A stretch of 64,000 nt of DNA from an uncultured bacterium (GTDB taxonomy: Bacteria; Chloroflexota; UBA5177; JANWHV01): assembly GCA_963729625.1 (NCBI GenBank), contig CAVSOU010000008.1, positions 1-64,000 of the forward strand. Direction: 5' to 3'. This document shows positions 10,193 to 18,874 of this stretch, in pieces (position 1 is the stretch's first letter; the number at the start of each line of letters is the position of its first letter). Made by a program: the position numbers and the translations under genes. Under the pieces are notes generated by a model. The model made no database searches, was not told the origin of the DNA, and was given only the letters and a program-made list of their open reading frames with translations.

Positions 10193-11224
10193 ATGGAGGC
10201 GAAACGGGCTCTCTGGAAGCGACGGTGTTTTCTGGCGGCTGCAGGCCTGCTGGTGGCAGGTCAAATCGCAACGAGTGTCGGTGTCGCTAGCGCCGGCGTG
10301 GCCAAATCTGTGAGCCCGCCGCTGACGGCGACGAAGGCCCTATGTATGGGGAAGACCTACAAGATCGGCTACGATGTCTTCTCGTCGACCCAGCCATTCG
10401 CGAACCTTGTCACCAAGGGGTTAAAGGATGCGGCGAAGCGCATCGGCTGCGTGACTGTGATCACGACGGTGGATAACCTGAACGGCCCCGTCGCTATTGC
10501 CAACATCAAGACGATGCTGAACGAAGGAGCGAACGCGATCGTCGACTTCCAGGTCCTGGCCCCCTACCAGCCTGCGATCGCCCGGGTCCTCAAGGACGCG
10601 AAGGTTCCCGGCGTTGCAGTCGTGGGAGCGGACCTGCCAGGCTATCCTTCCGTCGGCGCCGACAACTACGCCGCGGCGGTGAAGGACGGACAGGCACTTG
10701 CGGCGGCAGCAAAGAAGAAGTATCCAGGTGTCGTCCCGTACCTGGCGGTCGCTGCTGAGCCGACCTCTGGTGCGATCATCATGCAGCGCTACTACGGCGC
10801 CGTGGCTGGCGCCAAGATGGTGTACCCGACCCTGCCAAACAGCCACATCATCGAGGTCGTCAGTGATGGGACGGAGTCTGGCACGTACAACAATGCCGTG
10901 TCCGCCTTCTCCCGGGTTCCCTCGGGCGGCGTCGTGCTGACTACAGGCGTGAACGACGAGGTCTCGCACGGCATGTACAGCGCAGCCGTTGCGAGGAAGC
11001 TGACCTTCCTGGTCAACTCGTTCGGTGGAGATCCGTTCGGTCTGGACCAGGTCTGCAGGGACCGCACCCACTATGTCGGGGCGCTCTATCTTGAGCCGGA
11101 GAAGTGGGGCGAGTCCTCGCTCGTGATCGTTCTGCGCATGGCTAACAAGCAGCCGTACCCGAGCGCGGTCGGCATCCAGGGGACCGAGGTAACGGCGAGC
11201 AATCCAATCGCTGGTTGCAAGTAG
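10193..11224 (+). CDS. Sugar ABC transporter substrate-binding protein (RbsB-like)
   Basis: Signal peptide; VGADNYAA; periplasmic binding type I pattern; paralog of 14905..15996. Confidence 0.8.
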   Translation: MEAKRALWKRRCFLAAAGLLVAGQIATSVGVASAGVAKSVSPPLTATKALCMGKTYKIGYDVFSSTQPFANLVTKGLKDAAKRIGCVTVITTVDNLNGPVAIANIKTMLNEGANAIVDFQVLAPYQPAIARVLKDAKVPGVAVVGADLPGYPSVGADNYAAAVKDGQALAAAAKKKYPGVVPYLAVAAEPTSGAIIMQRYYGAVAGAKMVYPTLPNSHIIEVVSDGTESGTYNNAVSAFSRVPSGGVVLTTGVNDEVSHGMYSAAVARKLTFLVNSFGGDPFGLDQVCRDRTHYVGALYLEPEKWGESSLVIVLRMANKQPYPSAVGIQGTEVTASNPIAGCK

Positions 11225-11472
11225 GCGTGGCCTGCGACGAAGAGCAACGGGCGATACGCTCCCCTGCTCTCGGCTGTCGCATCAGGCAGTTGGGCCGAGA
11301 TCGTCCGAGTTGGAGAGCCACCCCCGGCGGTCTCGGCCTGCCCACGTCCCGGCATGGTCCCTGAGGTCCCGGCCGCGGGATCCCGGGAAGCCGCATCGCA
11401 CCGTTCTGCGGCGTCTGCTGGCGGGTGATGCGGTCAGCCCTGCTGGACGGGGTGCCGCGTGACAGCGGCACT

Positions 11473-12648
11473 TCAATACATCATGTGCTCGCGATAGGCC
11501 GCGAGTATGAACTGGTACGTGTCGTAGGTGACACTCGGCGGGATGGAGTGGTCCGAGGCGAAGATCAGCCGCGCGCCGCGTGCCTTCATGCCTTCGATGT
11601 ACGCGGCTATCTCGCGCCGGATGACCACTCGATCATTGGTCTCGAAGATCCGTGCGTCCAGGCCGCCGACGAAGGCCAGCTTATCGCCGTACTGCTCGGC
11701 GAAGGCAAACGGATCGTTGCCTTTCGCCTTGCGCTCCATTGGATTCAAGGCGTCGAAGCCCGCTTCCACGATCAGCGGCAGAGCCTGCACCTGACTGCCG
11801 CAACTGTGGAGCACGACCGGCACGTCGTAGCTGTGGATGAACGCCACGAGCTCGTGATAATAGGGAAAGATGAGCTCGCCCAACACTTTAGGTGAGGCGA
11901 ACAGGCCGTTCTTGTAGCCCAAATCCTCGGACATCCAGTAGCCATCGGGCTTGCCCACTTCCTCGAACAGGTAGCCGATATAACGCTTGTAGAAATCCGT
12001 GTACACACGGCAGTAATCATGGATCCAGTCCGGGTCAGTGAGGAGGCTGGTGTAGAGTGTCACGTCGCCCATGCTCTGGCGCATGTTCTCCCAGACGAAC
12101 TCCTGGCCGTAGAAGCACCACTTCTGATCTGCCCTGGCCTCGGCCAGTGCCTTGCGCGTCTGGTTCAGGTTGCCATACCGGCGCACATCCCACGCTTCCA
12201 GGTGAGGCCGGTAGTCGCGATCCCAGATCTCGCGCGAGGTCATGCGGAAGTCGATGTGCTCGGGCGTGCCCGATCGATGCTTCCAATACTTGAGTGCTGC
12301 CCCCGAGCCATTCCGCCTGATGTCCCAGTCCCCATGATCCTCGACAAGCTCCTCGTAGTCGCGGAGTGGATGCCAATCGAAGCGGCCGCCAACGTTGGCA
12401 AGGTCCCACCCTAGGTGCTGCCAGTACGGTACCAGTTCGTCGAACCAGCCAGCCTGCTCGACGTCGTCGTAGAAACCGTCATCGGGCCGCCAGTACTGCT
12501 CTTTGACCTCTCGAAACGCGCTGCGCACTGGGTAGCCCTGCGCAACCCAGGCTACGGTTGTTTCCGGCCAGGGGATGTCCCACACAGGCACACGTTCCGC
12601 TTGCTTGCCACGGATTAGCCGATCCGTAACGACCTGCGACGAGTCCAT
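11473..12648 (-). CDS. URO-D/MtaA-like family protein (paralog 4)
   Basis: ERVPVWD, EDLGYKNGLFASP, LHSCG, FVGGLD, IFASDHSIP. Confidence 0.85.
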   Translation of the reverse strand: MDSSQVVTDRLIRGKQAERVPVWDIPWPETTVAWVAQGYPVRSAFREVKEQYWRPDDGFYDDVEQAGWFDELVPYWQHLGWDLANVGGRFDWHPLRDYEELVEDHGDWDIRRNGSGAALKYWKHRSGTPEHIDFRMTSREIWDRDYRPHLEAWDVRRYGNLNQTRKALAEARADQKWCFYGQEFVWENMRQSMGDVTLYTSLLTDPDWIHDYCRVYTDFYKRYIGYLFEEVGKPDGYWMSEDLGYKNGLFASPKVLGELIFPYYHELVAFIHSYDVPVVLHSCGSQVQALPLIVEAGFDALNPMERKAKGNDPFAFAEQYGDKLAFVGGLDARIFETNDRVVIRREIAAYIEGMKARGARLIFASDHSIPPSVTYDTYQFILAAYREHMMY

Positions 12649-12836
12649 GCTCAACTGCCTTCCGCGCCGTGGGCGCAATCGCTGTCTGTGTTTGGCCTTG
12701 CGTGCACCCGTCGCTCGAGGATGCAACGCTCCCACGTGGAGTCTCCCTGGCTCGCCCGTAACAGGCGCCGCCGCCCAGTACGCTCCTCAACAAGGCCGAG
12801 TCGAACGCCCGTGCCGTATCCATAACCGCCCGCTGC

Positions 12837-13643
12837 CTAATGGCTCCCCTGTTCGATGGGCTCAGCGATATCGCGCTCAACCGCGACGCCAGTGATCCAT
12901 CGCACGAGCTCCTCGGGGGTGCTGTCCTCCCGCCGAAGGTTGCCGACCATCCTTCCACGCAGCAGTACGAGGATCCGGTCGGAAAGCTTGTGCACCTCCG
13001 GGAGGTTGTGGCTGACCAGAATAATGGCGACGTTCTTCTTCTTGACTTCGTTGATCAGGGCCTCGATTTTCCGCTGCTCGACAACGGCCAGCGCGGCGGT
13101 GGGCTCGTCGAGCAGCAAGACCTTTGATCCCCACCTCACCGCCCGGGCAACAGCCACCGCCTGACGTTGGCCACCGGACAGCAAGCCGCAACGAACGTTC
13201 ACATCGTCGATCTCAATGCCAAGAGAGGCGAGGGTGGTCTCCGCCTCCGCCGCCATCCTTGCCCTATCGAGCACGCGCAAACGGCCGAGCACACCTGCCC
13301 GGCGCGGCTCCCGTCCAAGGAAGATGTTCTCGGCGATGGTAAGCTCCGTCGCCAGCGCGAGGTCCTGGTAGACGACCTCGATGCCCCGCCGCCGCGACTC
13401 GCGCGGCGAATGGAATGCCACCTCATCTCCGTCAAGGAAGATGGCCCCTTCCATCGGTTGCAACGCTCCGCAGAGGATCTTCAACAGTGTTGACTTGCCG
13501 GCGCCGTTATCACCGACAAGACCAACGACCTCGCCGCCGCTTACCTCGATATTGACCGCCTGCAAGGCAGCAAGGCTCCCGTAGTAGTGGGAGATGTCGC
13601 GTGCCTCCAGAATAGCCTCGCTCCGGCCCATGACAGTCGTCAT
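12837..13643 (-). CDS. Sugar ABC transporter ATP-binding protein
   Basis: Walker A GDNGAGKST, LSGGQRQ, LLLDEPT. Confidence 0.93.
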   Translation of the reverse strand: MTTVMGRSEAILEARDISHYYGSLAALQAVNIEVSGGEVVGLVGDNGAGKSTLLKILCGALQPMEGAIFLDGDEVAFHSPRESRRRGIEVVYQDLALATELTIAENIFLGREPRRAGVLGRLRVLDRARMAAEAETTLASLGIEIDDVNVRCGLLSGGQRQAVAVARAVRWGSKVLLLDEPTAALAVVEQRKIEALINEVKKKNVAIILVSHNLPEVHKLSDRILVLLRGRMVGNLRREDSTPEELVRWITGVAVERDIAEPIEQGSH

Positions 13644-14671
13644 CTCTCCGCCCTACGGGCAAGCTGGTCGGTGAGCACGGCAAAGACGAGAAGGCTCCCA
13701 AGCACGATGTACTGCGTATAAACCGAGAGCGAGAGGAGGGCGAACCCATTCTGCACTATACCCAGGATTGCGACCGCGATCAGCGTGCCGACCAACGTTC
13801 CTCGCCCGCCATCGAGGCTAGCGCCGCCGAGAATGGCCGCCGTAATCACAGACAGAAGATACGGGTCGCCGATCTGAGGTGCCGACGAGGAGAGCTCGGA
13901 GGTCACGATAATGCCGGCGACCGCCGCGCTCAGCGATATCGTGACGAAGAGCACGATCCGCAAAGCATCCGCGCGGATGCCTGCGCGCACCGCGGCTTCG
14001 AGGTTGTTGCCGACCGCGTAGATGTGCCTGCCGAGAGCCGTCAGCCTGAGGACGGCGTACCCGGCGGCCCAAATCCCGAGAAAAATGAACACCGGCACTG
14101 GAACGGGCCCGACGGTGCCTGATCCGAGTGTGCCGAACCCACTTCCGCCGATGTAGACGGTCGAGCTGTTCGAGAGCACATACGCAATTCCCAGCGCCAC
14201 CGAGTACATGCCCAGCGTCACGACCAGCGAGTTGACCTTGAAATAGACGACGAGTGTGCCGTTCACAAGGCCGACGATGGCCGCCGCGAGCAGCGCGACC
14301 ACGGACGCATACCACGGGTTCAGGCCCTGCCCGACTAGCTGGCCGATCATGACGGACGTCAAGGCCATAACGCTCCCGATCGACACGTCGATCTCGCCCA
14401 TAATGATGACCGCCGTCTCGGCGACCGCCATTATGCCGAGCACGCTGACGACCCCGCCTGCAGTGGAGAGATTGTCCACGGTCAGGAAATAGGGCGAAGA
14501 CATCCACATCGCGACGAAGACCCCGGCGAGCACGATCAAGAGGCCTTGTCCCCGAATGCGCTGCACGAGCGTGCGCCGCCTTGCAAGCTGCGCTTCGCGG
14601 CGGCGAGCCTCGTCGGCCTGCACCACGGCGACGGGCTTCACCGCCGCACTACTACGATTGTGGGCCGCCAT
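13640..14671 (-). CDS. Sugar ABC transporter permease (RbsC-like)
   Basis: GEIDVSIGS, GRHIYAVGNN, AAILGGASLDGGRG. Confidence 0.92.
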   Translation of the reverse strand: MAAHNRSSAAVKPVAVVQADEARRREAQLARRRTLVQRIRGQGLLIVLAGVFVAMWMSSPYFLTVDNLSTAGGVVSVLGIMAVAETAVIIMGEIDVSIGSVMALTSVMIGQLVGQGLNPWYASVVALLAAAIVGLVNGTLVVYFKVNSLVVTLGMYSVALGIAYVLSNSSTVYIGGSGFGTLGSGTVGPVPVPVFIFLGIWAAGYAVLRLTALGRHIYAVGNNLEAAVRAGIRADALRIVLFVTISLSAAVAGIIVTSELSSSAPQIGDPYLLSVITAAILGGASLDGGRGTLVGTLIAVAILGIVQNGFALLSLSVYTQYIVLGSLLVFAVLTDQLARRAER

Positions 14672-14802
14672 TTATGGGGACAACCCCCTCTCTAACCATT
14701 ACCGTTTGCCGGATCATCATCGTCCACTTCTCGAAGCGGCGCTCTCGCCCAAAGCCCGGGAAGCCACGCAGCAGGAAACACATCGGGACAAATATGGGCG
14801 CC

Positions 14803-14834
14803 ATCGCCCGGGCTGACTCGTCAACCCGGGCGAT
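14803..14834. terminator. Intergenic hairpin between SBP and permease genes
   Basis: ATCGCCCGGG...CCCGGGCGAT stem. Confidence 0.45.
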
Positions 14835-14904
14835 CGAGGCCCTTCGACCTGACGGGACGGCCCTCCGGCCAGGGAGCGAACAGCGCGATGCTCCCGGTCT
14901 CAGA

Positions 14905-15996
14905 TCACTTGCAACCCGCGACCTTGCTGCTCGCCGTCACCTCATAGCCGGTGATGTTCGTCACATCCGGCACCGTCTGGCCGTTCATCTGCTCCATGAT
15001 CAGCGTGAGCAGCACAGGGCCCCATCCGTACGGATTGAGGTACCAGGCGCCGACGTAGTGCGTCGGGTAGCGGCAGACCTGGCTCAGCCCGAAGGAGTCC
15101 CCGCCATAGGAGTTGACGAGGAGGTTGGTGACGCCACGACCCAGCCCGGCTTTGAACATCCCTCCGAGATCCTCGTCGTTGACCGCCTGCATCAGGACGA
15201 CGGCGCCGTGGGGCACCCGGGACAGTGCCGACAGCGTGTTGTTGTACGCCATCGTGGCAGTCCCATCCTCGTTCACCTGGATGATGTGACTGGCAGGGAT
15301 AAGCGGATAGATCGCCTTGATCCCTGCGACAGCCCCGTAGTAGCGGGCTAGGACCGCTGCCCCGGACGTCGGCTCGGCTCCGCCCACGAAGTACGGGACC
15401 ATGCCGGGGAACCGCTTCTTCGCAACCCCAGCCATGTACATGGCGGCTTTCTTCTGGGTCTGGAACGGGTCCAGCCCGACCTGCGGGAAGCCTGGGAGCG
15501 TTGCGCCGACCACCGTCACCGCCGGGAGCTTCGCTTGCTTCAGGATCCTTGACATGGCCGGCTGGTAGGCCGCAAGAACCTGGAAGTCGACGAAACCATT
15601 GATCCCTTCATTGATCAGCGTGTGCAGGTTGGCGATCGCGGTCGGACCGCTCAGGTTGTCGACGGTCTTGAGCACAGTTGCGCAGCCGATACTCTTTGCC
15701 GAGTCGATGAGCCCGGTGCTCACGCTGACGGCGAAGGGCTGGCTTTCCGAGAACACGTCGTAGCCGATCTTGTAGTGTGCCTTCTTGCACAAAGCCTTCG
15801 TCGGCAAGGGCACATCCAGCGGCTCCACTGCGAGCTTCGAGAATACCGCTTGCTCCCTGAATGTGGGTGTGTACGGTGTATACGTCTTGTGCACCGATTG
15901 CGCCTGTACATGGCTGACCGCCGACGCAGGTACGGCAAGCGTGCTTCCGATTAGAATGCCCAGAGCCAGCGTCCGCAGAATCGTGAGTCGCTTCAT
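14905..15996 (-). CDS. Sugar ABC transporter substrate-binding protein
   Basis: Signal peptide MKRLTILRTLALG...AVPASA; shares YKIGYDVFS, TVDNL.GP, VDFQVLA, AEPTSGA and GCK* with 10193..11224. Confidence 0.85.
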   Translation of the reverse strand: MKRLTILRTLALGILIGSTLAVPASAVSHVQAQSVHKTYTPYTPTFREQAVFSKLAVEPLDVPLPTKALCKKAHYKIGYDVFSESQPFAVSVSTGLIDSAKSIGCATVLKTVDNLSGPTAIANLHTLINEGINGFVDFQVLAAYQPAMSRILKQAKLPAVTVVGATLPGFPQVGLDPFQTQKKAAMYMAGVAKKRFPGMVPYFVGGAEPTSGAAVLARYYGAVAGIKAIYPLIPASHIIQVNEDGTATMAYNNTLSALSRVPHGAVVLMQAVNDEDLGGMFKAGLGRGVTNLLVNSYGGDSFGLSQVCRYPTHYVGAWYLNPYGWGPVLLTLIMEQMNGQTVPDVTNITGYEVTASSKVAGCK

Positions 15997-16194
15997 TATG
16001 CTACCCCCAGGTAATCAAAGAAAAGCCTATTATCGTACGACAAGGCAACACAGTTGAACTCGGGTTGGCGCCTCCCTTCTCCGCGCAACTTGACGATGGC
16101 GCACCCCTATGAAGTGAAAAGCCCCGCAGGAGCCGATCTCGTCCCTGTGCCGGAGCAGACCGCGCCACCCGCAGAGCGTGACCACATATCGGCG

Positions 16195-16249
16195 GAAAGC
16201 TTACCACAAACTCGCCACCAACTCTACTACCGGTCAGGATCGCTGTCAA
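16195..16249 (-). promoter_or_regulatory. Sigma70-type promoter with downstream palindromic operator candidate
   Basis: TTGACA (16249-16244), 17-bp spacer, TAGAGT (16226-16221); near-palindrome GAAAGCTTAC at 16195-16204. Confidence 0.6.
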
Positions 16250-16344
16250 TACGGAGCCCATAAGTTTCCCCGGGTCGCTCGCGGACACGGCCGCGTTGAC
16301 AGGCCGCGACGCCGTGCCGTAGAGTGGTGGCGCATGGCACAATT

Positions 16345-16672
16345 GTGACGGTGCACAGGAAGATGGGCATTCTCGAGCGGATTCCGAGCCGGCGCAAGGT
16401 CTCGGTGAGTCGGTGGATCAACGTGCATGGGGCCGTCGCCAACGTGCGTGGGAGCTATGTCTTCTCCTACAAGCCCAGACCCGCTGTCTTTGCCGAAGTC
16501 AACTGGCACCGGGAGAGCCCGGCACGGTCTCGAAGCCGTGCTGGCCACGGCAAAGGCGCACGGCTGTAGTGTCGAACTGATCATGAGGGATATCAGTACC
16601 GTGCAGTACCAACCCCAGCGGCTGTGGGAGTGGGCGGCCACGGCGGCGGACGTGACCGAGGCGCCCGCCTGA
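16345..16672 (+). pseudogene. C-terminal remnant of a URO-D-related hypothetical protein, frameshifted
   Basis: VHRKMGILERIPSRRKVSVSRW...FSYKPRPAVFA, then GCSVELIMRDISTVQYQPQRLWEW* in another frame. Confidence 0.55.
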
Positions 16673-16727
16673 AAGGAATGATCATGACCATCGTAGCCTG
16701 GCCAGTAGTCGAAGTACGGGGCAAGTC

Positions 16728-17768
16728 GTGAATCCCCGCGATCGGGTCCTGGCGGCCTTCGCGCACGAGGAACCGGACCGGGTGCCCGCCTGGTGCGGCG
16801 CCTCGCCGGAGTTCATCGAGAAAGCCATGCGTGGGCTGATGCTCGACGAGACCGAGGCGTTGCTCGTGCGCTTCGGCGACGATTTCCGTCGCGTCTACGC
16901 CCGCTACGCTGGCCCGGACTACCCTCTTTCGCCGAACGCCACGCGGCGCACGGAGTTCGGCGTGGAGCGCGCCGGACTTCATGTTGGGCAACCGCTCAGC
17001 CATCCGCTGGCGCACGCCGACTTGCAAGCAATTCATGATTATCCCTGGCCGGACCCGTGGTGGATGGACGTGTCGTCGATCCGCGCCGACGCCTGCACCT
17101 GGAACAGGCAGTACGCTATCCTCGGCGGCGAATGGTCTCCGTTCTGGCACGACGCCATCGACCTGATGGGCATGGAGAATCTCCTGCTAGAGATGTACGA
17201 CCGGCCAGAAGTGGTCGACGCGCTGCTCGGGCACATCGTGGACTACTATGTGTGCGTCAACCAGCACATCCTTGACACCGCGCACGATGTGATCGACATC
17301 CTCTTCATCGGCAATGACTTTGGCTCGCAGATCGGACCGCTTATCGGCGAGGCCGCGTTCCGCCGCTTCATGGTTCCACACTTGCGGCGGCTCGCACGGC
17401 TCGGACATGATTATGGCCTGAAGGTGCTGATGCACTGCTGCGGCAACTTCGCGCCGTTGATTCCGGCCATGATCGAGCTGGGCCTGGATGGCCTGCAGGC
17501 GCTCCAGCCCTGCGGCCGCGGCATGGAGCCAGCCCGGCTCAAAGACGCGTATGGCCAGCAGCTGGTCTTCATGGGTTGCATCGATTCGCAGCACGTCTTG
17601 ATTGAGGGAACGCCGGCGTCGGTCTCGGCCAGGACCCGCGAGATCATGGCGATCATGAAGCCGGGCGGCGGGTACGTCCTCTCGGCGAGCCACGACTACA
17701 TCCTGGAGGAGACTCCAGTCGAGAACGTGCTGGCGATGTTCGACGTGGCTCGCGAATACGCACCCTGA
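16728..17768 (+). CDS. URO-D/MtaA-like family protein (paralog 5)
   Basis: PRDRVLAAFAHEEPDRVP, YPWPDP, GNDFGSQ, MHCCG, GGYVLSASHD. Confidence 0.87.
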   Translation: MNPRDRVLAAFAHEEPDRVPAWCGASPEFIEKAMRGLMLDETEALLVRFGDDFRRVYARYAGPDYPLSPNATRRTEFGVERAGLHVGQPLSHPLAHADLQAIHDYPWPDPWWMDVSSIRADACTWNRQYAILGGEWSPFWHDAIDLMGMENLLLEMYDRPEVVDALLGHIVDYYVCVNQHILDTAHDVIDILFIGNDFGSQIGPLIGEAAFRRFMVPHLRRLARLGHDYGLKVLMHCCGNFAPLIPAMIELGLDGLQALQPCGRGMEPARLKDAYGQQLVFMGCIDSQHVLIEGTPASVSARTREIMAIMKPGGGYVLSASHDYILEETPVENVLAMFDVAREYAP

Positions 17769-17915
17769 ACCCTGGTCGAGCCCAGATCCTCGGGAATCGG
17801 CTCACCAATGGACTGACGGGCCTCGATACACAGCCAGATCGCATCCTGGACAAGCGCCAGTGCTTCGGCTTCGGAATCGCCGGCCGCGTGTCACTCGGGA
17901 AGTGCCAGTAGGTCG
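17769..17915 (-). pseudogene. HicB-like antitoxin remnant with internal stop
   Basis: Manual translation DLLALPE*HAAGDSEAEALALVQDAIWLCIEARQSIGEPIPED fits the HicB pattern PxLPGC..xGxTxEEA...EAI...GEPIP. Confidence 0.7.
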
Positions 17916-17941
17916 CAATCCGGCGCAAGCGATCGCAGACA

Positions 17942-18102
17942 TGCGCCCATCTCAGACAAGGCGATCCGTCAGAGTCCGTTGCTTCGGCATCGGTGTGCGC
18001 TACCGCTCTGCCAACAACAGCAGCGAATTGCCATGCACATGAAGGCATACTCATGCGGTACTGAAAGCGTGAAGGCTAATCCTGTCCGATGGGCGATTGT
18101 GT
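17942..18102 (-). repeat. Conserved non-comM segment adjoining the comM break point (copy 1)
   Basis: Ungapped match to 26015-26141 and 26489-26525, about three-quarters identical by eye. Confidence 0.8.
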
Positions 18103-18381
18103 TCACAACATCAGCACGTTGTGACCGCCCGCCGCCGCCACCTCCAGCGCCCGCTTGACGTGCTCCTGCCCCCGCTCGGCAGCAAGGTCGGAGGCCACCG
18201 CAGGCTCCACGTCGAGGTCGAGTGCCAGCGGCTGGGCCGGCGCGATCGGAGCCTCGCCCCGCAGGTGCCCCACCAGTGCCGCCAGGTGCTCCACCGGGAT
18301 GATCGTCACCCCCTCCACCAGGGCCGCGTGCTGCGCGTCCACCGCCGGCACGAACACGGTGGTGATGCCGTGCTCCCGCGC
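18103..18381 (-). repeat. comM: comM fragment C (about codons 127-217) ending GHNVLML*
   Basis: AREHGITT...AAAGGHNVLML; only 2 mismatches seen against 21100-21356. Confidence 0.92.
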
Positions 18382-18450
18382 TGGGAACAGGCGCAGCCCG
18401 ACGGTGATCGCCCGCGGCACGTGCTGGTCCATGTACAGGGCATGCGGCAC
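18382..18450 (-). pseudogene. N-terminal stub of DUF5615 PIN-like toxin, fused in frame to comM fragment C
   Basis: GTG overlapping the DUF433 stop; VPHALYMDQHVPRAITVGLRL. Confidence 0.7.
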
Positions 18451-18764
18451 TAGCGCCCGACCCGTCCACGAAGACGGGCGTGCAGCGCGGGGGACGATAG
18501 CTGCTTCTGAAGATCCTCCGCCATGGCTTGGCGACGAGCGATATCCTGGTCCAACACACCCTGATGATCCCAGTAGTACGCCAGCGACGAGTAGATCTGG
18601 CCCAACGAGAGATAGGGGAACTGAAAATGTCGCTCCTCGGGGCTCCAACCATGGGCCGTCTGCGCCGTGACGAGTTCCACCACCTTCATCGTGGTGCCGG
18701 CGATGTGCGGCACGCCGTTTTCATCCATGACAATATGCTCGTAGCGCGATTCGACGAACGACAT
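18450..18764 (-). CDS. DUF433 domain antitoxin
   Basis: YEHIVMDENGVPHIAGTTMKVVEL...GWSPEE...PYLSLGQIYSSLAYYWDH; RBS AAGGAG. Confidence 0.85.
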   Translation of the reverse strand: MSFVESRYEHIVMDENGVPHIAGTTMKVVELVTAQTAHGWSPEERHFQFPYLSLGQIYSSLAYYWDHQGVLDQDIARRQAMAEDLQKQLSSPALHARLRGRVGR

Positions 18765-18874
18765 GGTTACGCTCCTTGGGAAGGAAACCGGATGCTTGGC
18801 TGGAGCAGCAGTGCGACACAAGGCTTGTAGTACCAGGTACAGCATACCAGGGCACTTGGCGCCCTGTGATAGCT

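Noticed and set aside
2944-17768. Heme biosynthesis (hemE) cluster or cobalamin riboswitch
   Set aside because: HemE RQAGRY motif absent, no other hem genes, and no B12-box recognised in the intergenic regions
17891-17893. TGA at the conserved Cys position of the HicB-like remnant read as selenocysteine
   Set aside because: A single TGC/TGT>TGA change explains it; the gene lacks its N-terminus and no SECIS is evident
18103-18124. Integron attC site
   Set aside because: Arms do not fit RYYYAAC/GTTRRRY, there is no long imperfect hairpin, and no intI is present
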